64,000 bases of DNA from an uncultured Flavobacteriales bacterium (GTDB lineage Bacteria; Bacteroidota; Bacteroidia; Flavobacteriales_G; Salibacteraceae): the NCBI GenBank assembly GCA_905479105.1, contig CAJQLE010000001.1:297628-361627 (forward strand). The letters are read 5' to 3'. This document shows positions 36,368 through 45,016 of the stretch, piece after piece. Under the pieces are notes generated by a model. It was not told the origin of the DNA. It saw nothing but the letters and a program-made list of their open reading frames with translations, and made no database searches. How positions within the stretch are numbered: position 1 is the stretch's first letter; the number at the start of each line of letters is the position of its first letter. The position numbers and the translations under genes are program-made.

Positions 36368-37593
36368 TCGATTTTGCAATCAAAATTGAAAACGTAACAA
36401 AGACTTACGCATTAAACTCAGCTTCACATTCTGCTAGTTTACGGCAGTTTGCACAGTCATTTCTAAAAACAAAGAAACCAGAACGCTTCAATGCGCTTTT
36501 AGATGTAAACTGCACCATCTATCAAGGTGAATCTGTAGCCATTATCGGTATAAATGGAGCTGGCAAGAGCACTTTATTAAAACTTCTATCTAGAATTACG
36601 CCACCCACAGATGGACAAATTATACTAAATGGGCGAGTAAGCTCTCTACTTGAAATTGGCACAGGGTTCCATCCTGAACTTACCGGAAAAGAAAACATCT
36701 TTTTAAATGGGTCAGTTTTAGGAATGAGCAAAACCGAGATTCAATCTAAAATGGAAAGCATCTTAAAATTCGCCGGGATTTCAAGACATATAAACCAACC
36801 TATCAAACATTATTCTAGTGGGATGGAAGTTCGATTGGCATTTGCAGTTGCCGCTCATCTCGAGCCAGATATCTTGATGATTGATGAGGTGTTAGCAGTA
36901 GGGGACATTGAATTTCAAGAAAAATGCATCTCGAAAATGAAAGAATTAGCAAGTAAGGGGAAAACTCTAGTTTTTATAAGTCATAATCGAGCACTATCCT
37001 CAAGACTTTGCAAAAGAGGGTTAGTTCTCGAAAAAGGACAACTTGTGTATGATGGCGAAATTGAAGATAGTCTAGACTTTTACCAAGAACAAGTCATGAA
37101 ATCGGCTCCAATGACAGAAAGAATCCTATCCAGTCAGCGGCATCTTGGAAACAGAAAATTTAATTTCTCAAAAATTTGGTTGGAAAACAAAGAAGGAAAT
37201 CGAAAGTTTGATGTCAAGTCAGGAGACCACCTTTCTATTTGTGTTGAAGTGGACTCTCTGGAAAAGGTAGAAGCGAATGTCGCCTGTAGAATTTACAATA
37301 ATTCAAAAACCCGCATCACAAGCCTTACTTCGTCCTACTTCAAACAAAAAATTGAAGTAGGTGCATCAACTATTATTTCATGGCACATTCCTAAATTAGC
37401 GTTAACGGAAGGCAAGTATCGCCTTGAGCTAGCTGCGTATGAAGATTTCAATGGGCAAGTATTAATTGATGAAGTGACATCGGCTCTTTGGATTTCAGTA
37501 GAAGAATCAGCATATCACGGTCATGAAGTTTCCTCAAGCCCTGGAAAAAACATGGTGTATTTCGATTTCAATGTTTCTTCAAAAAATAGTTGA
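36364..37593 (+). CDS. wzt: Polysaccharide ABC exporter ATPase with C-terminal ~150-aa extension (Wzt-like)
   Basis: Walker A GINGAGKST, signature YSSGMEVRL and Walker B LMIDEVL. A beta-rich C-terminal tail follows, as in O-antigen-terminus-binding Wzt proteins. Confidence 0.85.
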   Translation: MIDFAIKIENVTKTYALNSASHSASLRQFAQSFLKTKKPERFNALLDVNCTIYQGESVAIIGINGAGKSTLLKLLSRITPPTDGQIILNGRVSSLLEIGTGFHPELTGKENIFLNGSVLGMSKTEIQSKMESILKFAGISRHINQPIKHYSSGMEVRLAFAVAAHLEPDILMIDEVLAVGDIEFQEKCISKMKELASKGKTLVFISHNRALSSRLCKRGLVLEKGQLVYDGEIEDSLDFYQEQVMKSAPMTERILSSQRHLGNRKFNFSKIWLENKEGNRKFDVKSGDHLSICVEVDSLEKVEANVACRIYNNSKTRITSLTSSYFKQKIEVGASTIISWHIPKLALTEGKYRLELAAYEDFNGQVLIDEVTSALWISVEESAYHGHEVSSSPGKNMVYFDFNVSSKNS

Positions 37594-37645
37594 CACAAAT
37601 AGCAAGCAAGTAAATATCGGATTTCGCCTAAACTTATTACATGAA

Positions 37646-38170
37646 ATGAATCTTAAATTATACTTTTATCCTGCACTATCTTTGGAGTAGCTTACAGTGC
37701 TAATTTACGAATTCGATTTTTCCTTAACTGACCTAAATGGTCTAGAACGGGTTTATTCGATTTCATGCAGGTTGAATGTCGGACGATCAATCAACGTCTC
37801 TATCAACAATCTCTATTCGAACTCTGAACGTGATTACACGCTATGTGCTTTGCTGCTACAGATAGGCTTTCTTGAAGATTTGAACTCTGAAAATAATGTG
37901 TTCTGCAATGACGAACGAACATTAATTCCATGTTATCCTAACCCTACCGCAAACTTCGTAAACCTCCGTTTTACTTATTCTGGAACAGTGACCAACTTCC
38001 TATTAGAGGTATACAGTGCATCTGGAAAATTAATGATGTTTGAAAACCAATCGTTCCAAGAGGGTTACCATGAGTATCCTGTTGATCTATCAAGGTACAA
38101 TAAAGGTGTGTATATTATTGTTTTGTGAAGCGACACAATGTCTCGACTCTTCAAAATAATCAAGAGTTAG
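37646..38170 (+). pseudogene. Decayed small T9SS cargo gene (C-terminal sorting domain interrupted by an in-frame stop)
   Basis: The track ORF 37697-38128 contains CYPNPTANFVNL...GVYIIVL and then TGA (38126-38128). The same frame continues SDTMSRLFKIIKS-stop (to 38170). That completes a canonical T9SS CTD ending; compare GLYIFNIRLESGETSKFNIIKQ at 49640-49707. Upstream in the same frame, ATG at 37646 gives MNLKLYFYPALSLE and then TAG (37688-37690). Confidence 0.55.
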
Positions 38171-38246
38171 CGTATAATCCCATCAATTAACTGCAGAGAA
38201 TTAAGCCGATTCAAAAGTTACTTTTGCATCATACACACAAGGTACT

Positions 38247-39545
38247 TTGACACTTAAAAAGAGCATATTTTATTATTTTTTCTCACAATTTCCGGTAATC
38301 GTATCTGGTCTTTTAGTAAGTATAATATCATCTCGAATATTAGGTGCTGAGGGGAAAGGTATATTTGGTATTCTAACCTTCAATATTGTTTTTATTGGCC
38401 TACTCTTAAGTTTCGGGTTTAATCAAGCAAGCATCTACTTTACAGCCAATAAAAAATTATCAAACAGTGAGGTTGCCGGAACCTCTCTCTTTCATTTTCT
38501 ATCGAATATTACGGCTGTAGGCCTTTTTCTTTTAACAAGTCTGTTCTTTCTTCCAGACTCTTGGTTCATGCCCGACATGGAGGATATTATTTACGGCTAC
38601 ATCTACACTTTTATAATATTTGGATTAAACAGACTAAACGAGTTGATTCAAAGCATTTTTTCAGGGAACAAAATGTTTCGTACAATCAATCAAGCTTCTA
38701 TTTTGAAAGGTCTTCTTTTCATTATTTGTTATTCAGTCCTGTATTATCTCTACCTAAAAAATCAAATAGGCCTAATAGAAGTGCTCATTGGAAATACAAT
38801 CGTATCTGTATTTACTTCGGTTTTCTGGTTGACTCAGTATATATTAAAAATAGGCGCTGTACCTGCAAATCTGAAGACCACTCTTTCGAATCTCCATCTT
38901 TTTACCAGTTTCTCCAAATTCATCTACATTTCGTCATTAGTGAATTTCCTCAATTACCGAGTAGACGTTTATTTTTTAGAATTTAATCTATCAATGAAAG
39001 AGGTTGGCATCTATCTTGTTGCAGTAAATCTATCACAAATGATGTGGTTGGTATCTGATGCGTTTTGCCGCGTACTTACCCCTCATCTTATCGGCTGGAA
39101 GGGAGAGCAAAAAAATAAAACTTTTGAAGCATTTCAGCGACTTCACACCACGATAATTTTAGTATTAACGGGCATTGTTTGGATTATTATTGACCCGCTT
39201 ATCCCATTCCTATTTGGAGTTGAATTTGAGGCTGCCATTATACCAACTAGAATCCTATTGCTAGGAAATATCTTCGCTTGTTCATCCAAAATATTCAGTC
39301 TTATCCCGTACTCAAATAACAATGTAAATCTAAATTTATACGCTACTTTGTTTGGCCTAGGTGTGACCCTTGCCTTAGATATTCTTCTGATACCTGTTTT
39401 TGGAATAGAAGGAGCAGCATGGGCTTCTAACTTTGCCTATTTGACCATTCTTGTTTATTTGCTTTTCACCGTCAAGAAAAGATTCAAGGTTTCAATTTTT
39501 AACTTTTTATTTGTTACCCGTTCAGACTTTAAACATATATTATGA
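38247..39545 (+). CDS. wzx: Wzx-type (MOP superfamily) oligosaccharide flippase
   Basis: 432 aa, very hydrophobic with about 12 TM segments and a polysaccharide-biosynthesis-protein-like layout. TTG start. Confidence 0.7.
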   Translation: MTLKKSIFYYFFSQFPVIVSGLLVSIISSRILGAEGKGIFGILTFNIVFIGLLLSFGFNQASIYFTANKKLSNSEVAGTSLFHFLSNITAVGLFLLTSLFFLPDSWFMPDMEDIIYGYIYTFIIFGLNRLNELIQSIFSGNKMFRTINQASILKGLLFIICYSVLYYLYLKNQIGLIEVLIGNTIVSVFTSVFWLTQYILKIGAVPANLKTTLSNLHLFTSFSKFIYISSLVNFLNYRVDVYFLEFNLSMKEVGIYLVAVNLSQMMWLVSDAFCRVLTPHLIGWKGEQKNKTFEAFQRLHTTIILVLTGIVWIIIDPLIPFLFGVEFEAAIIPTRILLLGNIFACSSKIFSLIPYSNNNVNLNLYATLFGLGVTLALDILLIPVFGIEGAAWASNFAYLTILVYLLFTVKKRFKVSIFNFLFVTRSDFKHIL

Positions 39546-40243
39546 GGTCAGTAGAGAATTTTTACGACACGTTTGCTTCACAACAAGAAGCAATGGGCAT
39601 TAACTTAAGACATAACGCTATAGACAAATGGTGTACAAAATTTGAGCTACAACCAACTGATAATGTTTTAGAAATAGGATGTGGTATAGGAACACAAACA
39701 GAGCTTCTTTCGAATAGAATAACTAACGGTCACATTGATTCATTTGACATAAGTTCTAAGAGCATTGATATAGCTAAAAAACGATTGAATGATAGAATTA
39801 ACGTGACCTTCACTGCTGCTGACATACTAAAGACAGAATTAAAAAAGGATTTCTATGACTTTGTCCTGCTACCTGATGTTTTAGAGCATATACCAATTGA
39901 GGTTCATGGCATGTTGTTCGAAAAAATTTCTCATGCAGCAAAACCAGAAGCCAAAATACTCATTCATATACCAGATCCATATTACAATCAATGGGTATCA
40001 GTTCATCATCCAGAGCTGCAGCAAATCATAGATCAAAACCTTTATATGCCAATAATTGCCAAGCAAATTTATGATGCTGGCTTATACATAGAATATTTAA
40101 AAACGTATGATTTACATGTAAATAACGGTGATTATCAAGTAATCTTATTAAGAAAAGTAAGAGAAAAAGTTTATCACCCTATGATCCGATCAAAAACACT
40201 CCTTTCTAAAATAGTCTGGAAACTAGGAAGCTCATTAAAATAA
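39542..40243 (+). CDS. Class I SAM-dependent methyltransferase
   Basis: Motif I VLEIGCGIGTQT and the motif post-I/II region (DFVLLPDVLEHI). ATGA overlap with wzx. Confidence 0.8.
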   Translation: MRSVENFYDTFASQQEAMGINLRHNAIDKWCTKFELQPTDNVLEIGCGIGTQTELLSNRITNGHIDSFDISSKSIDIAKKRLNDRINVTFTAADILKTELKKDFYDFVLLPDVLEHIPIEVHGMLFEKISHAAKPEAKILIHIPDPYYNQWVSVHHPELQQIIDQNLYMPIIAKQIYDAGLYIEYLKTYDLHVNNGDYQVILLRKVREKVYHPMIRSKTLLSKIVWKLGSSLK

Positions 40244-40654
40244 AAAAATTAACCCTGAAGAACACAACCAAGAATTGATTGATAAATTGGACCACTAAAC
40301 TGATTGAGGCTGTTCGGATGAGATTCTTAAATGCTAATATACTAGGCTCTCTAAAAGCTATTGCGCAATCGTTCATTGAACATCGAAAGCTGGAAGTGTC
40401 TGCTTTTAAGGTAGAAAAGTTTGGCCAAGTAATCATCAAATAGATCGCACATAGAACTTAGGGAAAATGAGTTTAGAGTAATATCTTTTTCAATTTTGGC
40501 TAATGCAGCCATCTACCTTCCTCACGCCTTCTATTTTCAAATCTTAGGGTGGATTGAAAAAAGTATTTTATTACTGCATAAATATATAGTTCTTTAACCG
40601 CTATTTTTCTCAATGGCACTGAAAAAACAACTCTCAATGTGCAGGTAATTCAGA

Positions 40655-41002
40655 ATGCGCGAAATGATTAAAACTATTAGTAGTCAATCAAAACTTAATG
40701 AAGAAAGACCAGCCACTAATCTGGCTATTTGTCGCTCGGTATTGCAAAAAACCACAGAAGAAACTTACATGAATCAAATCAATAGAACCGAACTGAAATC
40801 TATTGAACTTGCATCGTCAATTTCTCTAAATCAATTAATAATAAAGGCTGCTTTTGAATCAAAATCGACGCCCTGGGTAGAAGATCCGTCTTTAAAATCG
40901 AGAAGTTTGGCGGAATACGCTGCTCGGTATGGCGACACAAAAAACTATAGAATTTATGTTTTAAAAGCTCTTCAAATGAACCCTTTTAAAAAATTGAATT
41001 AG
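40655..41002 (+). CDS. Hypothetical protein (doubtful)
   Basis: 115-aa ORF with no recognisable motif. It lies in a stretch of poor coding quality, 29 nt upstream of the sulfotransferase gene. Confidence 0.3.
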   Translation: MREMIKTISSQSKLNEERPATNLAICRSVLQKTTEETYMNQINRTELKSIELASSISLNQLIIKAAFESKSTPWVEDPSLKSRSLAEYAARYGDTKNYRIYVLKALQMNPFKKLN

Positions 41003-41031
41003 AAACATATAGCTAAAGCTTTTATGATAAA

Positions 41032-41835
41032 ATGAAAAAGTACGCTTCCAAACTATATTATGAAAAAGGTGCTCGACAGGTTTGGGCCCTTGTCCAAATT
41101 ATATTTAAAGCCACCGTCAATTGGCGCTTTGAGGCAGAGCAAAAGTTCATTATTTTTGGACAAGGTCGCACAGGATCTACCCTATTAGTAAATCTAATCA
41201 ATGGCGCTGAAAGTGTGTTTTGTGACGGAGAAATTTTCGGTACAGAATACCCATTCGACATTTGGCACAAAAGACTCTATATGAAGCTTAGAAGCAAAGC
41301 TTTTAAACAAAAAATTTATGGCTGTAGGATCAAAATTTATGAGCTATACATGCATCAAGGCATGAGCACAGATGAGTCCATAGCATTTATAAACACATTG
41401 GCAAAAGATGGTTGGAGAATTATTCATCTAACCCGAACCAACAAGTTTAGACAATGCTTATCAAGTCTTGTGGCAGAAGAAAGAAATGTTTACCATTTTA
41501 CTGATAAAAGCGTCACAAACAAGAAAAAAGTCACTGTAAAAGCAGAAGAAATACCTGATCGACTAAAATTGTTACACAGTTTTGATCAACAAGAGCATGA
41601 TGCATTAAAGGATATTTCTTTCCTATCAGTGAACTATGAAAAGGATCTAGAAAATAAGAACCATCATCAAGCTACGCTGGATAGAATTTGTACGTTCTTA
41701 GATATTCCTAAAGCTAAATCCGTGGTCAACCTTAAACGCACAAGTTCTTCAAAAATAGAAGACTATATTGAAAATCATGATGAGGTTAAATCTGTTTTAG
41801 CTTCTAAAAATCTTGAGTATTATCTCAGTCAATGA
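41032..41835 (+). CDS. Stf0/NodH-like sulfotransferase
   Basis: PAPS 5'-phosphosulfate loop GQGRTGSTLLVNLI and a 3'-phosphate motif IIHLTRTNKFRQCLSSLVAE (R..S). 267 aa. Confidence 0.6.
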   Translation: MKKYASKLYYEKGARQVWALVQIIFKATVNWRFEAEQKFIIFGQGRTGSTLLVNLINGAESVFCDGEIFGTEYPFDIWHKRLYMKLRSKAFKQKIYGCRIKIYELYMHQGMSTDESIAFINTLAKDGWRIIHLTRTNKFRQCLSSLVAEERNVYHFTDKSVTNKKKVTVKAEEIPDRLKLLHSFDQQEHDALKDISFLSVNYEKDLENKNHHQATLDRICTFLDIPKAKSVVNLKRTSSSKIEDYIENHDEVKSVLASKNLEYYLSQ

Positions 41836-43022
41836 CAAAACCAAATACCGATAGTGTTTTGATGATTGCTGCTTGGTGGCCCACTAAGGCTAAACCAATG
41901 GCTGGTTTATTCATACGAGAGCATGCGCTTGCCATTGCCAAACACGTTGAAAAAGTTTCAATTATTCATGTTTCTATAGAAAAGCAATCGTCATCTTTTC
42001 CTTTTTCGATAGAAATAAAGCAAAGCAACGATAACGGTCTTGAGATTTATCACGCTCACATAAAAACAGCCATTCGAAAATTTGGCATTCATGATTTCCT
42101 TGTCAAAAAAGCCTTTTCTAAATTGTTCGTGCTAGCAAGCGAAGAGGTTCGCCCTCTGTTTTTTCATCTGCACGTGAGAGATCATATTTCGAAATTGGCA
42201 CTAGAAACTGAAGTAATCAAATCGCTTCCATATATTCATACCGAGCACTTTTCTTTCTATCACCGTGGCTTAGATTTAATGCCTGCATGGCAAAAAAATG
42301 AAGAAATGAAAACGCTCAAAAATTGGTTTTCAAACCCAAAATTGAAATTTTTCACACCCGTTTCTAAAGAGCTAGGCAATGTGGTTTGCAACCGTTTTCA
42401 GCTCCAAAAAGAAAAAATAGTCATCATTCCTAATGTGGTATCTCCAGAATTCTATTTCGATGAAAACGCGCTGGACAAAAATGGAAAATTCAGAATAGTA
42501 CTTGCCGCAAGCTGGTACGATCCGAAAAATCCTCAGCTTTTTTTTGAAGCTCTTGCCTTGCTATCGCCCCAATTTACCGTGCATCTTAAAATTGATATTT
42601 TCGGAGAAGGTCCTGAACTTGAATTAAGCAAGACACTGATTGAGGGTAAGTTGTCTCATGTAGACCTCAATCTAAGAGGTTTTCAAAGTAAGACTGAAAT
42701 AGCTCAAGTAATGAAGGTCGCACACTTGTTTGTGCACCCCACCAATAGAGAAAACTTACCTACAATAATTATCGAAGCATTGTGCTGTGGTACTCCAGTT
42801 TTATCCATGAATGTGAATGGAATTCCAGAACTAATAGATGATACCAACGGAATACTTGTTGAGGCAAAAAATGTTGAAGCACTTAAAACTGCGCTCGAAA
42901 CCATGATTTCAAACAATGTTTTTTTTGACCGCAAAAGCATCGCACAAGACGCTCATGATAAATTTTCACCTGAGGTCATTGGGAGAAAATTCCACCTTCT
43001 TTACCAGCAAATTTCGGCCTAG
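41832..43022 (+). CDS. Family 4 (GT-B) glycosyltransferase
   Basis: 396 aa with the C-terminal E-x7-E region (ENLPTIIIEALCCGTPVL). Confidence 0.8.
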   Translation: MTKPNTDSVLMIAAWWPTKAKPMAGLFIREHALAIAKHVEKVSIIHVSIEKQSSSFPFSIEIKQSNDNGLEIYHAHIKTAIRKFGIHDFLVKKAFSKLFVLASEEVRPLFFHLHVRDHISKLALETEVIKSLPYIHTEHFSFYHRGLDLMPAWQKNEEMKTLKNWFSNPKLKFFTPVSKELGNVVCNRFQLQKEKIVIIPNVVSPEFYFDENALDKNGKFRIVLAASWYDPKNPQLFFEALALLSPQFTVHLKIDIFGEGPELELSKTLIEGKLSHVDLNLRGFQSKTEIAQVMKVAHLFVHPTNRENLPTIIIEALCCGTPVLSMNVNGIPELIDDTNGILVEAKNVEALKTALETMISNNVFFDRKSIAQDAHDKFSPEVIGRKFHLLYQQISA

Positions 43023-43027
43023 TTTAA

Positions 43028-44197
43028 ATGAAGAATACTACCGTAGTAATGCTACTTGACAATCCCTTTATCTCTGACTCAAGGGTAGAAAAAGAGTCTG
43101 CTTTTCTTGTAGATTCTGGGTTTGAAGTAATAGTATACTGTGTTTCTGATAATCATTTACCTGCTGAAGAAAACCGAAATGGAATCGTTATCAAACGCAT
43201 TCTGAACCTATTCTTTCAAAAACCTTTTGGAAAAAACTACAGCACACAATTGACGCTATTTTCAAATGAAATCTCAAAAGAATCATTGGACATACTGCAT
43301 TGCCACGACTTCATGTTGATGCCTTTAGCAGCAGCAATAAAAAAACAAAAGCCGCGAATTTTCTTTTCCTATGATAGTCACGAATACTTGGCAGGTTGGC
43401 CTTACTACAAAGAAATTCCGAATTTAATTAATCGATCAAAGGGCTATTTGGTTTGGATGAGAATGCTTCAAAATGAGAAAAAAGTAGCCAAATCAATCAA
43501 TGCATTACTAGCGCCAAGCGCGGCCATTGCAACAGCATTGCAAGAACGTTTTAAACTGAGCTTTTCAGGAATTTCTGTTAGAAATATTCCCGAACCTAAA
43601 ATGATAGACTCAACTATTTCACTGAGAGAAACACTTAAAATCAGTAAAGACCGAAAGCTTATAGTTCACTCAGGTAGCATCTATATGCCTCCGAAAATTA
43701 TAGAGCTTTTAATAGGCTTTATAAATACTTCTGCGAATCTTTCTCTGGTTTTTATTGGTAATCGACCTATTCATAGCGACTTGAAACAGCGATATAAAGC
43801 TATACATCGCATCTATTTTGTAGACTATCAACCAAACATATTGCTTGATCAACTTGCGAGTTGCGATGCTGGCATTATCTACACAAGATCCAAGTCGTAC
43901 AAAGCGCATCAACTAGGAGCTTCAAACAAACTCATGGAATATGGGCTCGCAGGTTTACCAACTATTGGTACGCAACAAATTGCGCATGAAGAATTAGAAG
44001 AACAATTTCAACATATGGAGTTATTCTCTGAAAACGACTTCGCGTCCTTCAAATCTGCCATCAACCGTATGATTGATGGCCTACCCGAGAAAAAGAAAAA
44101 CGCTCAACGCATTAAATACGCGCTATCTTGGGAAAATGAATTTAGACCTGTAATTGAGCTTTACAAGAAAGTATCTGCGAGGCTGCACAAAGACTAG
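43028..44197 (+). CDS. Glycosyltransferase (GT-B-like)
   Basis: 389 aa with a GT-B-like layout. It is the last gene of the locus. Confidence 0.6.
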   Translation: MKNTTVVMLLDNPFISDSRVEKESAFLVDSGFEVIVYCVSDNHLPAEENRNGIVIKRILNLFFQKPFGKNYSTQLTLFSNEISKESLDILHCHDFMLMPLAAAIKKQKPRIFFSYDSHEYLAGWPYYKEIPNLINRSKGYLVWMRMLQNEKKVAKSINALLAPSAAIATALQERFKLSFSGISVRNIPEPKMIDSTISLRETLKISKDRKLIVHSGSIYMPPKIIELLIGFINTSANLSLVFIGNRPIHSDLKQRYKAIHRIYFVDYQPNILLDQLASCDAGIIYTRSKSYKAHQLGASNKLMEYGLAGLPTIGTQQIAHEELEEQFQHMELFSENDFASFKSAINRMIDGLPEKKKNAQRIKYALSWENEFRPVIELYKKVSARLHKD

Positions 44198-44256
44198 CTT
44201 ATTATGAAGAATCATTCCAAATAAGCACTTCGTGCCATGTAATACATTTCATTCCA

Positions 44257-44285
44257 TTGCACAAAACTTTTCGCTTCTACATTTG
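44257..44285 (+). promoter_or_regulatory. Candidate Bacteroidetes-type promoter for sdhCAB
   Basis: TTG (44257-44259), an 18-bp spacer, then TACATTTG (44278-44285), which matches TAnnTTTG. It lies 29 bp upstream of the ATG at 44314 and argues against the track start at 44257. Confidence 0.4.
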
Positions 44286-44313
44286 TCAACTTGAATATTA
44301 CTACATTTTAATT

Positions 44314-45006
44314 ATGGCAACAAAATCTGGATTCCTGAAAATTTCTGTAGCCAAAAAAGTGGCAATGGCCCTTTCTGGTTTTTTCCTAATGTTCTTTTTA
44401 CTTCAGCATTGCACCATTAACATGCTCTCGGTGATTAGTCCGGATACATTTAATGAAACCTCCCACTTCATGGGAACAAATGCCTTGGTGCAATATTTAT
44501 TGCAGCCCGTTCTCATCTTCGGAGTTGTTTTCCATTTACTAATGGGAATGGTTTTAGAGCAAAAGAATCGCTCCTCCAGGACTATAAACTATGCTTACAG
44601 CAAACCTGCAGCTAGTTCATCGTGGATGAGTCGTAATATGATTATCACTGGCATCATGGTTATGCTGTTTTTAGGCCTTCACTTTTATGACTTTTGGCTT
44701 CCGGAGGTAAAAACAAAGTTTATTGATGGCAATATGACGGGCATGCTTGCGGATGGATCAGGATTTCGATACTACGAAGAATTAACCCACAAATTTGTTG
44801 ACCCAATTAGGGTTGTGATCTATGTGGTTGCATTTGTTTTTCTTTCGCTTCACTTAATGCACGGTTTTCAATCGTCTTTTCAATCAGTTGGGATCAGAAA
44901 AAATACTTGGACTCCACTGATTCAAAAACTATCAATGATCTATGCTGTTGTAATTCCAGCAGCTTTTGTGTTCATAGCTATTTATCATCATTTAGCTCAC
45001 CATTAA
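44314..45006 (+). CDS. sdhC: Succinate dehydrogenase cytochrome b558 subunit
   Basis: About 230 aa with five TM helices and conserved His residues. It precedes sdhA and sdhB. Confidence 0.85.
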   Translation: MATKSGFLKISVAKKVAMALSGFFLMFFLLQHCTINMLSVISPDTFNETSHFMGTNALVQYLLQPVLIFGVVFHLLMGMVLEQKNRSSRTINYAYSKPAASSSWMSRNMIITGIMVMLFLGLHFYDFWLPEVKTKFIDGNMTGMLADGSGFRYYEELTHKFVDPIRVVIYVVAFVFLSLHLMHGFQSSFQSVGIRKNTWTPLIQKLSMIYAVVIPAAFVFIAIYHHLAHH

Positions 45007-45016
45007 TAATTTTCAC

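Noticed and set aside
38561-38986. 141-aa alternative-frame ORF inside the wzx-like gene
   Set aside because: It is in the same region as the 12-TM flippase frame. Its basic, low-complexity translation is typical of an off-frame read of AT-rich membrane-protein DNA.
40206-40439. 77-aa minus-strand ORF overlapping the methyltransferase 3' end
   Set aside because: It has no motifs, overlaps a good gene and lies in the decayed stretch. It is probably spurious.
44197-44226. Possible hairpin (GCTTATT...AATAAGC) after the last glycosyltransferase
   Set aside because: It has a 7-bp AT-rich stem, a 16-nt loop and no T-tract. That is too weak to call a terminator.
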